A DNA stretch of 62,921 nucleotides, the filler included, from Sphacelaria rigidula (taxonomy: Eukaryota): NCBI GenBank assembly GCA_964200075.2. It is 10 parts of 10 records of this genome, joined end to end, with 100 filler letters (N's around TTAATTAATTAA, not from the genome) between each part and the next. Parts side by side here need not be neighbours in the genome. Positions count along the whole stretch, not along the records: positions 6,304 to 12,506 come from CAXNAA020021539.1; positions 12,607 to 18,808 come from CAXNAA020021540.1; positions 18,909 to 25,110 come from CAXNAA020021541.1; 7 more parts are not named here. One strand, written 5' to 3'. Under the pieces are notes generated by a model, which worked only from the letters and a program-made list of their open reading frames with translations, searched no databases and was not told where the DNA came from. Below are positions 11,901-23,386 of this stretch, in pieces. A program made the translations under genes and the position numbers. Numbering within the stretch: the first letter of the stretch is position 1; each line of letters starts with the position of its first letter.

Positions 11901-12390
11901 CTGTTGCCATTCACCTTCTTCGGGAGGTCCAGACTGTTGCGGTTAAGATTCCCCATTCACCAATGCCATAGGAGGTTGGTAGCTGCAGCTTACCTTGTCA
12001 GTCCAGGTGCATCGCTACCGCTGATGAGTTCCAACGAAAATAAATAGAGGCCCCTCGTCGGCTCCTGGAGCGGGGCGGTGAAACTGTTTGTGTCCAGCCT
12101 TGGGTTGTTCACGTCGAAGATGGATACAACCCCGTCGCGCGTCGCTTCCTTGACCGAAAACACGTTCGCCCCATGCCAGGCACGATCAAACACGGGATCT
12201 GGATCGGGCGTTGCCACCCCTTCGCCTTCGATGATGTGTCCACGCAGCAGCCCCCAGCCGATCCTCGCCAGTTGATACCCTCCTTGAGTTGTGATCGCCC
12301 GTGGTTCAGCTAGCTCTTCATAGTCGAAGAATTTGTAACTCAATCCGGGAATGATGGTATCGTCAAAGTAAATATATGTGATTCAGTTCC
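8906..12390 (-). mobile_element. Highly degenerate Ty1/Copia retrotransposon pol (PR-IN-RT-RNaseH)
   Basis: Fragments SLYGLRQSP, RFSMADMGDVSLVLGM, NPDNGRSTSSYLVFL, GGSKYACNISDTYTKWTKIYPLKTK in Copia order; many frameshifts and stops. Confidence 0.92.
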
Positions 12391-12411
12391 CAACATTATC
12401 GATTGGGAGCA

Positions 12412-12506
12412 GCCGATCGCCCCGGTGGCTCAGTTGGCAACCTCGTAACCTTCTGATGGTTGAGTAGTGGGGTTCTATTCCTGGAGCGATCTAGGATTTT
12501 TTCTCA
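12412..12506 (+). mobile_element. 5' head of a tRNA-derived SINE, cut by the contig end
   Basis: A-box TGGCTCAGTTGG, degenerate B-box GGTTCTATTCC, then CGATCTAGGATTTTT as in the 34185-34543 copy. Confidence 0.7.
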
Positions 12507-12606
12507 NNNNNNNNNNNNNNNNNNNNNNNNNNNNNNNNNNNNNNNNNNNNTTAATTAATTAANNNNNNNNNNNNNNNNNNNNNNNNNNNNNNNNNNNNNN
12601 NNNNNN

Positions 12607-12654
<48 letters not shown>

Positions 12655-12658
12655 CAGT

Positions 12659-12689
<31 letters not shown>

Positions 12690-12690
12690 C
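12607..12690. repeat. (TAG)n/(CAG)n microsatellite; similar (TAG/AGT)n tracts at 37815-37950 and 45455-45546
   Basis: Read directly. Confidence 0.95.
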
Positions 12691-13183
12691 AGCACAGTAG
12701 AACGGAACTGAAACATCACTTCGTCGACAGCAACCTGCGCCTAGAAATCTAGAACCCCCAACTCTTATAAAAGTTGGGGCTGGACTCTCAACTCTGACCC
12801 GCGATTACACGCATGTTCTCTACAAGTCCAGTGGAGAGGAGTCCCGCGTGATCGTCCTTGAACAGTCCATGGTCGAGATACTATATCGGGCAACTACTAC
12901 ACCCCAACCCCGTAGCCCAGGCGGATCCAAGAAGTAGCAGGCAAGGAAGCTTTGGAGGGTATTCTCGGCAAGGCGTGCGTCGGCGGAGCTGCTCAAATCG
13001 GCGCTGCTACTTTAGGCATCAATTTGAGCGGAAAAATACGAGTGCTGAACGTACCCTGACGAGTGCTTGGGAACCGTCAACTCCTACAGATATCAAATAT
13101 TAGCGGTCACATGAAGCTTCCCCCTCCCCCCCACCCCCACCCACGCAAGAATTTCACGCGAGTGAAATTGCAACCGTCTTCTC

Positions 13184-14299
13184 TCGTGATGGGTATCGTG
13201 CCCGAAATCTCGATATATCTACCCCGATATATTCGGGGTATATCCAAGGATCTGTCGAGAGAAAAGTTTCGGAAACGGAGACACCTCCCCCCCACTCCTC
13301 CCTCTCCCAGAGGGTAGTTTGAAAAAATATATGATTTTTTTATTATTATTATTATTATTCATATATATATATATATATATATTTTAAGAAATCGATCAAC
13401 AAACAGTTATCAATACCGAAAAGTCTGTCGGGCTTTGCGAGGTCCGTATATTTGCTTCAACTCCTTGCCCGCCCTGTCCTGATGACCTCAGATGCCGGTA
13501 AGTCTCACACACATCTATGTACAATACACGAGCGCACGGTAGCGATAGCCTGTAGCCAAAGTAGCAACATCATCTCACGCCTCGCTAAATTTTCTCGGAC
13601 CACTGGTGGTGGGTAGTCAAGGCACACGACACGGACCATGATCCCATAAATGTAATCATGGTAGGTAATGAGCTTGGAGGGGTAGTGTGTCCGTCATCTC
13701 AGCGGTCTCCATACCAAGGATGTCTGTACACGGCAGCTGATCGCATCCGCCAACGCCTCGGCAATAAACCAGGGGACAGCAGGCTGAGTGTCCTTCCCCC
13801 CCCCCCCCCCCCCCCCCAAAACAACCGGGGAACGGCGGGGTGGGGCCCCCCCCCCCCCCCCCCCCCCCCCTCTCACACACTCTGATGACTATGGCAAGCA
13901 TGATCATGAGTACACCCCCCCCCTCTCACACACTCGAATTTTCGATCTTGGGGCCCACGTCCCAAAGTATCGTTTTTTACAGACCCTTGGGTATATCGTA
14001 CCTATATTGCATAAAAATGCGCCGTACCTCGATGCTATAATTAATATATTGCGGGATGCGCACGAAATATATCGTACGATACGTTATATATCCCGCAAGA
14101 TATCGCGCGATATTACGTGCCGTACGATACATGGCGGGATACAAGATACGATATGTGCACTTTTACGGGTCAAAAGTCAGATTGGTTTTAGATTCTAGAC
14201 GTTTTGGGGAAGTTCGGAGGCGAACATCCCGATATCGTATCGGATATCATGCGATATCACGGGATACGATGTACCATATATTATCGGTACTCATCACTA
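13184..14299. mobile_element. Probable hAT-like non-autonomous element with GATAT/ATATC-rich subterminal motifs and nested insertions
   Basis: Ends TCGTGATGGGTATCG and (reverse complement) TAGTGATGAGTACCG; dense CGATAT/ATATCG motifs at 13195-13250 and 13965-14290. No TSD visible. Confidence 0.5.
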
Positions 14300-16253
14300 G
14301 CAGCAATAACATCGCCAAAATCTCGACATATCCTGAACGAACAGAGTGTGGACAGCCAATACCTCCGAACGGCTTCAGGGTGATAAACCACTGGGAAGTA
14401 GTAGTAGTAGCAGAGCCGAATATTTCAACGTAGCAAAAAATGTCGGCATACCCTGTGGGACCAACAGAGCACGGTACCCGCGATCTAACCAAACATGAGA
14501 AGTTTTTTTTTTTCTTTCGAAAACTTTAGTACGGGTAATTCCATTCATAGGAACAAACAAGCAAACATGAACTCTCGTATACCTTACTGGAACTGTGTTC
14601 CGCGACAAATTTGTTAAACCACGATGCTGATGATAACGATACACACAAAGGTTATTTGAGACAAAGCCATCGCTTTGTTTTACGTTAGTTGGTTCGTGTC
14701 AGATTGCTCACCGCGGCGCAAAGGTTGTCCAGCAGGTGTCTACCGGAGGCATCCGGAGCGAAGCCGTCGTATGCCACCACGCATCCCAACTCGTCATTTT
14801 GCGCTACCCAATCCTCGAAGCATTCCAGCACCTGTACAACCGGGTATGAGCAATGATTATCCACCAACCGAACATACGGCATGCGCCTTACCGTAGATGA
14901 AGTACCCTTGTATCAAGTATGACACCTACTTGGTGTTATTTTCCCGTACACCAAGATGCCGAGTTATTGGCCCAAATTAGAGGGTCCACCTGAAAAAAAT
15001 ATGGCAATATATCCGAATATTACAGTATTAATGGTGAGTTCTTTTCGGAACACAACGTGCCTTACATGAGCCCATCTATATGCACTTTAACACGTTAATA
15101 TGTACTCAAACATGTCAATTAGACCAAACATTTACACACAGAAAACAATTGCAAAAAATATGTATATATATATATATTTCCATTTTGAAACGACAGTGCG
15201 GGGAAACTACGGAGTTTTTTTTTTTAATTTATTCACCGTTTTTATTGTGAAATGAGGCGCACAGGGATTTAAACATTGTCATTATCCACTTGATTGCAGC
15301 TGCTAACATACATCGGGAGTAGAAGCCTGTACAAGTGTCACATGGGACGTTTGGAAGGGAAAAAAACGGTTGAAAAAAAGGCTGAAAGGTCCCGCCGGAT
15401 TGTTTCACTCGCATAAAAATTGTTCCGAAATAACGACGGCCCAATATCCTGATTTCACAAAGTAAATCTCGAGGATTCTCCTATTATAAGGCGGTGATAT
15501 GCTCTCTATGTATGCTGTTCTTAACGACGATATAATCTTCTTAAGTTACTCACACAATACATATGGGCACAGCCGTTGAACAGAGACACAAGGGACATAG
15601 ACTGAGATACGTGGATTATGACACAAATACAAGACATGCACAGAGGTACAATACACTCGCTTACAAGCGAAGCACCTGGCACGCGCGTAGGGGCGTACTG
15701 AAGCATGATAGACACAAAAAGCACTGCAGTATGGCATGCACACAGGACACCCTGGATCATGACTCGCGCACGAGGCACTAAAACATGACACGCACAAGAC
15801 ACATTGGATGATAACGCACACTCCTTCATGAAAACGCACATACCTACTTTATTTTGCTTTTTTTTCGCGCCGGTTCTTTGTTTTCTTCTCTTTTGCTCTT
15901 CTTCAACAGCTCTCTCCATTTAAACTTCCATCTTTTTGTTCTTGTCTCACGTTTTTCTCTTCTTTACTTAGCTGGCATTTCTGTTTAGCTTACGTTGGAT
16001 GCATCTATCTTGTTGCGATCACGCCTGGATCACTCGGGGATCAATCGAACCAATCGAATCAATCGACATATAGTTATTATCCACTTTCTCGTAATGTGAC
16101 TAGCTCGTCGATAGCTAGTTCTGCAGTTCCATACCGCCGTTTCTTGGGACTTACATTTTTCACCAGCCTCGAGTAAGTTACGAGACACAAGAAACAGACC
16201 GGACTGCTACAAACACAAACACACACACATATATACACACACACGAAACGCAC

Positions 16254-16382
16254 CTCCAGCTTGCTGCCAACGCCGTAGAGCAAGACGCTCCAGCCGAAGT
16301 GAAGCTCTTTCATCCACAAATGGAACCCCCTGTAATTGCCCCTCTCGAGGATTCTCTTCACCCGCTCCCTGGCAGCCGGATC
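16254..16382 (-). CDS. ORC2: Exon of origin recognition complex subunit 2
   Basis: cgcag|DPAARERVKRILERGNYRGFHLWMKELHFGWSVLLYGVGSKLE|gtgcgt matches the ORC2 'FxxWxxELxxGFxLLLYGxGSK' motif. Confidence 0.88.
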
Positions 16383-17052
16383 CTGCGGTGACAAAATAAC
16401 ACAACAAGCAGCCAAAATACACATACCAGACACACAAAAAAAGGGGGTCATGATGCTGTAAAGCCAGGCCAAAAATAATTTGAAATTGAAAAAAAACGAG
16501 TAACAAGAAAAACGGGCTCAAATTATAGCACTTGAAATATTGAAGATTCGCGGGTAACCAAGCGTAATGAACATCAGGGGGGGGGGGGACCTGTAACTGC
16601 AGTGACGAGCTACAGATGATATTCTCCCAGGCTAGAAGAAAGATATCAAAATGAAAACTTGGATAAAATAACAAGGGACGAGATACCAGTAGAGCCCTGA
16701 GTAAAACCCGACTTTGGAAAATGACACCACGGGTGGTGTACCGTGGGGGCGGGGGGGCGATAACCCCGGGTTCAACGACGGTATACCGCATGAATACAGC
16801 AATCAATGGATCGCACACACACACTCCCTCTCTCCAAATCTACATGAAAACAGCACAATCGACTTATTTATTGCGCTTAATTAAAGCCGTAGCTCATGTC
16901 CACTGGACGAGCCATATCCGTTCACTGTACACCAAAACAGGTGAGGCAAAGCAACAAGCGTACGAACTCTTTATCTCTCCCTCTCCCCCCCCCCAGTGCC
17001 CCTCCTCTCCTTCCAGCCCCCTCACTCCAGGAGCAACACCACCTGCGCATAC

Positions 17053-17318
17053 CTGAGCGTTTTTCAAGATGTCCTCCATGCTAACCCCCTCTGCCAACGC
17101 ACCGAAGCCCTCCTCCTCGTCATCATCCTCCTCTTCCCCGTCTTCGTCGCCCGTGTCGCGATCGTTACCCACCCCACCACCTTTTGCGAGTTCTCGCTTA
17201 CGCTTGCGCGCGGCCTTTTCCCCGGCGACTCGCTCCTGCCTAGCCATGGCTGTAGTGCGGTTTCTCGTGTGAAAGCCACGTCGCCTCACCACCCGACGAG
17301 TGCTGGTCGCGGAGGAGC
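17053..17318 (-). CDS. ORC2: Upstream ORC2 exon (basic/acidic low-complexity N-terminal region)
   Basis: actag|..SSATSTRRVVRRRG...ARKRKRE...DEDGEEEDDDEEE...SMEDILKNAQ|gtatgc ends in phase 0, compatible with 16254-16382. Confidence 0.7.
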
Positions 17319-17384
17319 CTAGTTATTTTACACGTGTAATGAATGACATGTACCACGGAAGCGAACAGGTTATATTCCCCCCGC

Positions 17385-17503
17385 TGGTGATTGAATGCGA
17401 GCCTGATTCGGCGAAAACCCCGGCGTGCTCCGTTCCGGCTTTGTCGGGATGCGAGGTCAATGGCCTCATGACTATGGCATACATGATCATGAGTACACCC
17501 CCC
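17385..17503 (+). mobile_element. 5'-truncated copy of the oligo-C-tailed non-coding retroelement (family B)
   Basis: Ends GGGATGCGAGGTCAATGG..CATGACTATGGCATACATGATCATGAGTACACCCCCC. Other short copies at 13883-13923(+), 37538-37608(-), 62046-62125(-). Confidence 0.85.
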
Positions 17504-18352
17504 GCTCCTTTCGTCTTTTTTGTTTTCCGTTTTCGTCGCTCTTGCTTCATTTTCCATGTTTCTTTGCTCTTGTTTTTGTTTTTGTTTTCGTGATTTGTGT
17601 TCTCTTTATTTCACTCGATTTTTTCTCTTTTCTTGCTGTTATTTCTCTCTTCCCGTTACTCCTTATATTCTTTTCTCGCTTTTCTGTTCTTGTGTGTTTG
17701 TGTGTGTGTTTGTGTGTGTCTTTGGGGGGGGGGGGTGAGTCAAAAACAACCCCTGACATCGAGCCTTGCGCGGAACATGTCACGAATTGACTCCTATCGA
17801 CCACTAAAAATATTTACGATAACGAAAAATCATGGAGTGAAGGTTTGGGGACACAACGGAGTACACGCCATGTTGTCTATGACAAAACAGGAGTTGCTCA
17901 GCTGCGCACCGTCGGGGTTGCCAGCGTCGAAAAGGTCAGCCGGCGATACTGTTCCGAAAAACGGCCTCGCGCGCGCCCGAAGGGGTGAAGCAAAAGCACC
18001 ATAAAATCAAGTCCTTTTGAATGATACCACCAAGTGTAACAAACAGCAAGACGAAAGTGAGAAGAAGAAAAAAAAACGTGATGGCAAGTAGAGAATGATA
18101 TAAAAAAAACATACAGATTCATCGGTACAAGTACACCCTTGAAGCATGAACTTGAAAAAAACAAGAAAAAAGGGGGTCAATTACGGAGTACTATCGGGAC
18201 GGTATCACAAACAACGAAACAGGTATGTCCCTAACCAACTTTAATTACCGTACACAACGGTGTATACAGGAATCGCTGGTACCCGGTATAGCACCCTCCC
18301 CCGTTGAGTAGCACCCCGATGTTATGAGTTTTGGGCCAATGCTTGACACCAC

Positions 18353-18560
18353 CAGTGTTGTGAACCGAAGCTGAAAATGGCTCGGTCGGTTTTTCGGTTT
18401 TTCTCGAAAAAGTCGGTCGGTTTCGGTCGGTTTTTTGGAAAAAACCGAAAAAAACCGAAACCGAAACCGAGCACTTCTCGGTCGGTTTTTCGGTCGGTTT
18501 TTCGACGAAACGAAAAAACAAAAATATTTTTTCGAATTTTTGAAGAGCTCGTTGCACAAT
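18353..18560. mobile_element. MITE-like element with ACCGA/TCGGT subterminal repeats
   Basis: Starts CAGTGTTG; dense TCGGT(T)/AACCGA motifs in both orientations. Right end uncertain. Confidence 0.5.
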
Positions 18561-19686
18561 ACGGGCGATTGACATTATTATGTGACGAGTGACGAGATGG
18601 ATCGTATGATAGCGGTGTCCAGTGGCCTTCCTGCCTATACCTGCGGCCGCTGCGCCAGATGATATTAACACTCGACACTATAGTCTATATATTGTGTAGA
18701 TACAACTTCCGGCATAATAAGTGTCATGAGGCTTCAAGTTCCTCGAAGCTGGAAATCGTGTCAAGGGGGATGTGATATGTGAGCATGAATAAGCTCTGTG
18801 TAGGCTGANNNNNNNNNNNNNNNNNNNNNNNNNNNNNNNNNNNNNNNNNNNNTTAATTAATTAANNNNNNNNNNNNNNNNNNNNNNNNNNNNNNNNNNNN
18901 NNNNNNNNGAAGCGTTGCCGTCTGTAGGGACAGAGACTTCGCCGACTCATGGACGTTCGCATCCTAGTCATGAAGGCACCCCAATCGTGTGTTCGTCACC
19001 AGGCGAACGAAGTGCTACGCAAGGCAACTCGTCTCCTAACTCGCCCATGTTGGCCCCTTTAATAGACGCCGGGTTGACCAGCACAGCTTTACCAACCCCG
19101 CGCCTTGACGAATCGTCTCCGAAACCTCCCTTGTTGGCCCTAACTAGTGATGGTATTGAGTTGATTGGCGTATCAAACTCAACACCGCGCCCCGATGAAT
19201 CGTCCCCTGTTCCGACCAAGCTGGATAATGTAATTGATCCCGCTTTGCACGATGACGATTTGCCCCCTCTGTTGGCCAATAAGGGTGAAACACCACGCAC
19301 AGACCAGTGGTCGGGTCCAACCACGACAACTGCCCTTCCCCAGCATCGCCCCTCCGTTGCAGTACATGAGATTCAACCCTCGATTGATGAGACAAATATT
19401 CCACGCACAAACACTGACACTAATGCACGTACCATCCTTCCGACCAAAAGCTAGTCCCACAGGATCATAAACGGGTGTACTTTAACGCCTTCGTTCAAAA
19501 CGCGAAACAGGATGTGTCAGATGTCATACCCGAACTCGGGCCCGATCTCGCCAGTGATACTGTAAGTATGGATGATGCTTCTTTTACGACCAAAATAGGT
19601 TTACATAGTGGAGCGCGTGCAAGCTGTCATTTGATAGCTCTCGCACTACCAGACTCTGGTTCACCACAAACGTTCATCCCGGCTAG

Positions 19687-19796
19687 AATGTTGGAGGTGT
19701 CTCTATTAGGAGTAGGAACGGTGCTCCGTCTCGAAAGGGATGCGTGGTCAATGGTCAAACGACTAAGGCAAGCAACAAATGAGTACGCCCCCCCCC
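19687..19796 (+). mobile_element. 5'-truncated LINE (family A) 3' end with oligo-C tail, inserted in the Gypsy protease
   Basis: Encodes NVGGVSIRSRNGAPSRKGCVVNGQTTKASNK* then GTACG-C9; GCTAG duplicated at 19682-19686 and 19797-19801. Removal restores QTFIPASCWQQM. Confidence 0.9.
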
Positions 19797-20714
19797 GCTA
19801 GCTGCTGGCAACAGATGATCAACGCGGGCGCGGTGGACAAGCATTGTCTGTCCACCGTGCACCCTCGTGTGTTTGGTGACTTTGGTTCCTCCACATCTCT
19901 TACGGTCAATCACTCGGTGAGACTAAGTGTATAATTTTACCAGGATGCTACTCCCACTGCTCGGTTGTCCGTATGGGCACTAATAATGCCCGACGGTTCC
20001 ATGCCTTTTGATGTCTTGTTGGGTCGAGATAGTTGGCTTCGTTTTCCCACACATACGTATACGACGGACACACCTGGCCCGAACCGTCCAGTAACAGGCA
20101 AACTGTCTCTGGGTCACTTCGACACTGATTCGGGAGCTCATGCTTATGAGGATAATCCCACGAAAACAGGTAATGCTTTCCGTCTGTACTATGTTGGTGA
20201 ACCGGTAATCTCACTTTCTTGTGAACCCCAACTAATACAAGTGAACCTCGTGAGACGCGATGGATCGCCCGCCCTCACAGGACATTATTTGGTCGAGTTG
20301 CTTAAACCTGACCAAGCACAGGTTGGTCCGTTTGAATAGACCGAAGTCTTTGTCCACGAAGGTAGGCAGGCGATTCACCTCACGTCCTCTGCATGTTTCG
20401 ATATACTCAACGGTCAGTTGTTGGGTTATGCTCAAGCGCCTCTCATACGAACCGCTCTGTCAGATGTGTGCCCCCCGGCGAACAACAACTCGCCGACCGA
20501 CCCCCCGAAATCCACGGGCCCCCCTCCGCTACACATGTCTGACCCCATGGTGGTGACAAATCCACCGAATGCTCCTGACCCTCAACCCCCAACTGCATTA
20601 CTGGAAAGATTTTCTCCAGAACAACGAGCCAGTTTTCGAAAGTTGTGGGATGACATTCCCCCTCACTTACGGTATATTGTTTTTGATCGATCTGGCGATG
20701 GTTGGACACCCACT

Positions 20715-20945
20715 TTCATGCGTGAGAGGACCGCGTGCTTGGAGGACCGCATCGGAATTTGAATATCCCTATCTATGGTTAAGGTTATGGTTAGGATTAG
20801 GGTTGGGGTCAGGGTTAGTGTTAAGGTTGGGGTCAGGGGCGTGGTACCTGCAGGGAGTGACCCGATTGGGTTTGAAAAACGTCGATCATGAGGTATTTTG
20901 AGCTGCGGCGCGGTCCTCTAAGCATGCGGTCCTCTCACGCAATAT
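20715..20945. mobile_element. 231-bp MITE with ~30-bp TIRs, 7-bp TSD and internal telomere-like repeats
   Basis: TIR TGCGTGAGAGGACCGCGTGCTTGGAGGACCGC; ACCCACT at 20708-20714 and 20946-20952; internal GGTTAA/GGTTAG/GGTCAG units. Removal restores GWTPTLIDRL. Confidence 0.9.
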
Positions 20946-23386
20946 ACCCACTCTAATCGATAGGTTAAGATCCATCTTGATTAGATACTCTGAACGGTTT
21001 TCTACTGCACCCTTGGATTTAGGTCGATGTACCACGATACCGTTTAAGATCAAGATTCCTGATGGCACTCCTCCTACCACTATGCGTCCGTACCGTACGA
21101 ACCCCCTTTTAGCGGATAAGATCCAGGTAATTCTCGATGAGTACTTATCTGCCGGTTTGATTCGGCACTCGACGTCTCCGTGGGCCTCGCCTTTAGTAGT
21201 CGTCCGTAAGAAGAATGGAAAAATCAGACTGACCGTCAATTATAAACGATTGAACGCTGTCACCAAAATCGCCCGTCTGCCACCTCCACGGATTGATGAA
21301 AATGTTGACCCTCTTGGCGGGGGTAAAGTATTTTCGAACTTTGACATGCAGTCTAGCTACCACCAGCTCGTGATGGATCTGAATTCCATTGAACTAAAGC
21401 GTTTTGCACACCATCAGGTTTGTACGAGTGGTTGGTTACACCACAAGGTGCCGCCGGAGCTCCAGGTGCGTTTCAACGTGTAATGTTCTGTGTAACCGAT
21501 GGATTGCCCAAATGCTATATGTACCTTGATGATGCCGTGTGCCACGACTCCACACCGGCTGAACACGTCGAACAGTTGGCATCATTCTTCAATCGGTTTG
21601 AACAACACAACTTGAAACTCGCACTCTCCAAATCCCGCATTGGCGCCACGAAGATTGAGTTCTTGGGTCATTGCATCACCCCCGAAAGGTCGTAGCCCAA
21701 ACCTCGACAAGGTCGCCGCACTCTCCGATATGCCCAAGCCACGGGGCATTTCTCAACTGCGTTCTTTGTTGGGAGGTCTAAGCTACTACAGACAATACTT
21801 GCCAAACCTTGCCCAAAAGCTAAAACCCCTCACTACCCTCCTCGAAAAAGGGGTAAAATTTGTGTTCACATTGGAAATGGAAAAAACCGTCCGCCGCCTC
21901 GTTGACACCCTTTCGCGCCCGCCGATTCACGTCTTCCCCGACTGGTCGGCCGCGGAGCAGGGTTCCCGCCCTTTTCGGCTCCACATAGGTTCTTCCAAAA
22001 TTGGGTTTAGCTGCACATTAGAACAAGAGTAAGTCGATGCTACTGTTCGTCCCATTGTCTATCTGAGTCGCACCACTTTTCCGAATGAGCAGAATCGGCC
22101 TGTCATGGAACAAGAGGCCGGCGCAATTGTTTGGGGCGTGCGACGTCTACGTCAGTAATTGTATGACATCCCGTTTTTTATTTATATCGATCACAGGTTT
22201 TTGGAAAGCCTTGCCAAAACGGCGGAACACAACGCTAGTGTCCAACGCTGGTTCGAAATCCTGTCGTCTTACAACCTTCAACTGAAGTACCGCACAGGTC
22301 CCCAAAATGCAAACGCCAGCTCAACCTATCGATGAATCCGCCACGGGACGTATCACCGATCCCACCGAAGACATTGTATATTTCATGAGCAGGAATGGAC
22401 ATAGACGTCTCTACAAACCACTTTCACTGAGAGAAACGCCGGCTTCAGGCATGGGTGGGCTGACGACCACAGCCCACGCATCAGTTCTAGGCAGCTTGAA
22501 ACCTCAATCGTTGTACTCAGTTTGGATGGACTGTCTACGAATACTCTTGGCTATGATTATTTTCGTGCGACTGGTCAGCGCATGGTTTTCGCAGCAGGTG
22601 TAGAACCGTCCTTTGCTGACTCCGTCTTTTACAGTTCAAGTTCGAGATTTGATTTCGAGTAGGACTCGTGGGCGGCGGACCGCCGAAACGGCCACCAAAC
22701 TAGCCGTATCAGGTCCTAACCTTCCCCCCCCTGCCCCCACCCCGGTCCCCGATAGTTTCCTTGCGCCCCCGCAGCCTCCGCGACGCAAGGCCCCCAGGAA
22801 ATCGACCCCGACCGTGCCGTCCCTGCCAACCATAGCCGAAACCACGGCTGTGCCCCCCCTCCAGTGGTGATGAGATTGCAAACACCACCACAACACCCTC
22901 CAAGCTAATCGACGCAGGAGTAGACGTTAACGTTCCGTCTGAGAGTGCACCGACTGGTAGGCTCACCCTTCATTCCGAAATCACCGCTTCGTGCCAACCC
23001 CGCCCCGAACCGACCCAACACGAAGTCGACGCTTCAACAGATGGTGTATTCAAGGAACGTTTGACTCTCTTCTCCCGCGCCGATTGGGCCCAGGAACAAC
23101 AGGCGGGACCTGCTTGTTAATCAGCGATCCATCATCTATCGAAAGGTTGTCCATGTCCATTCTCAGAAACTGATTTCCTTTTGCCAGTCGGGAATCTCAA
23201 AGCGCACACACAGGATGAAGTTACTGAACTTTCAAGGAAAGGTATGCTACATACGGATGATGATGGTATAGTTCTGTTGGTTCGCCGGCCCACAGCAGCC
23301 CTCCCCAGGGGGAAGCCTACGAGTCGACATGCCCGCTTGCTAGGTGATGAACCCATCCGCATCTATGTCCCGATGCTACTGCGCCC

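Noticed and set aside
17910..18000. Possible further ORC2 exon (GAFASPLRARARPFFGTVSPADLFDAGNPD|gtgcgc, minus strand)
   Set aside because: The donor phase fits, but an in-frame TGA lies just upstream with no acceptor or start; not supportable without transcripts.
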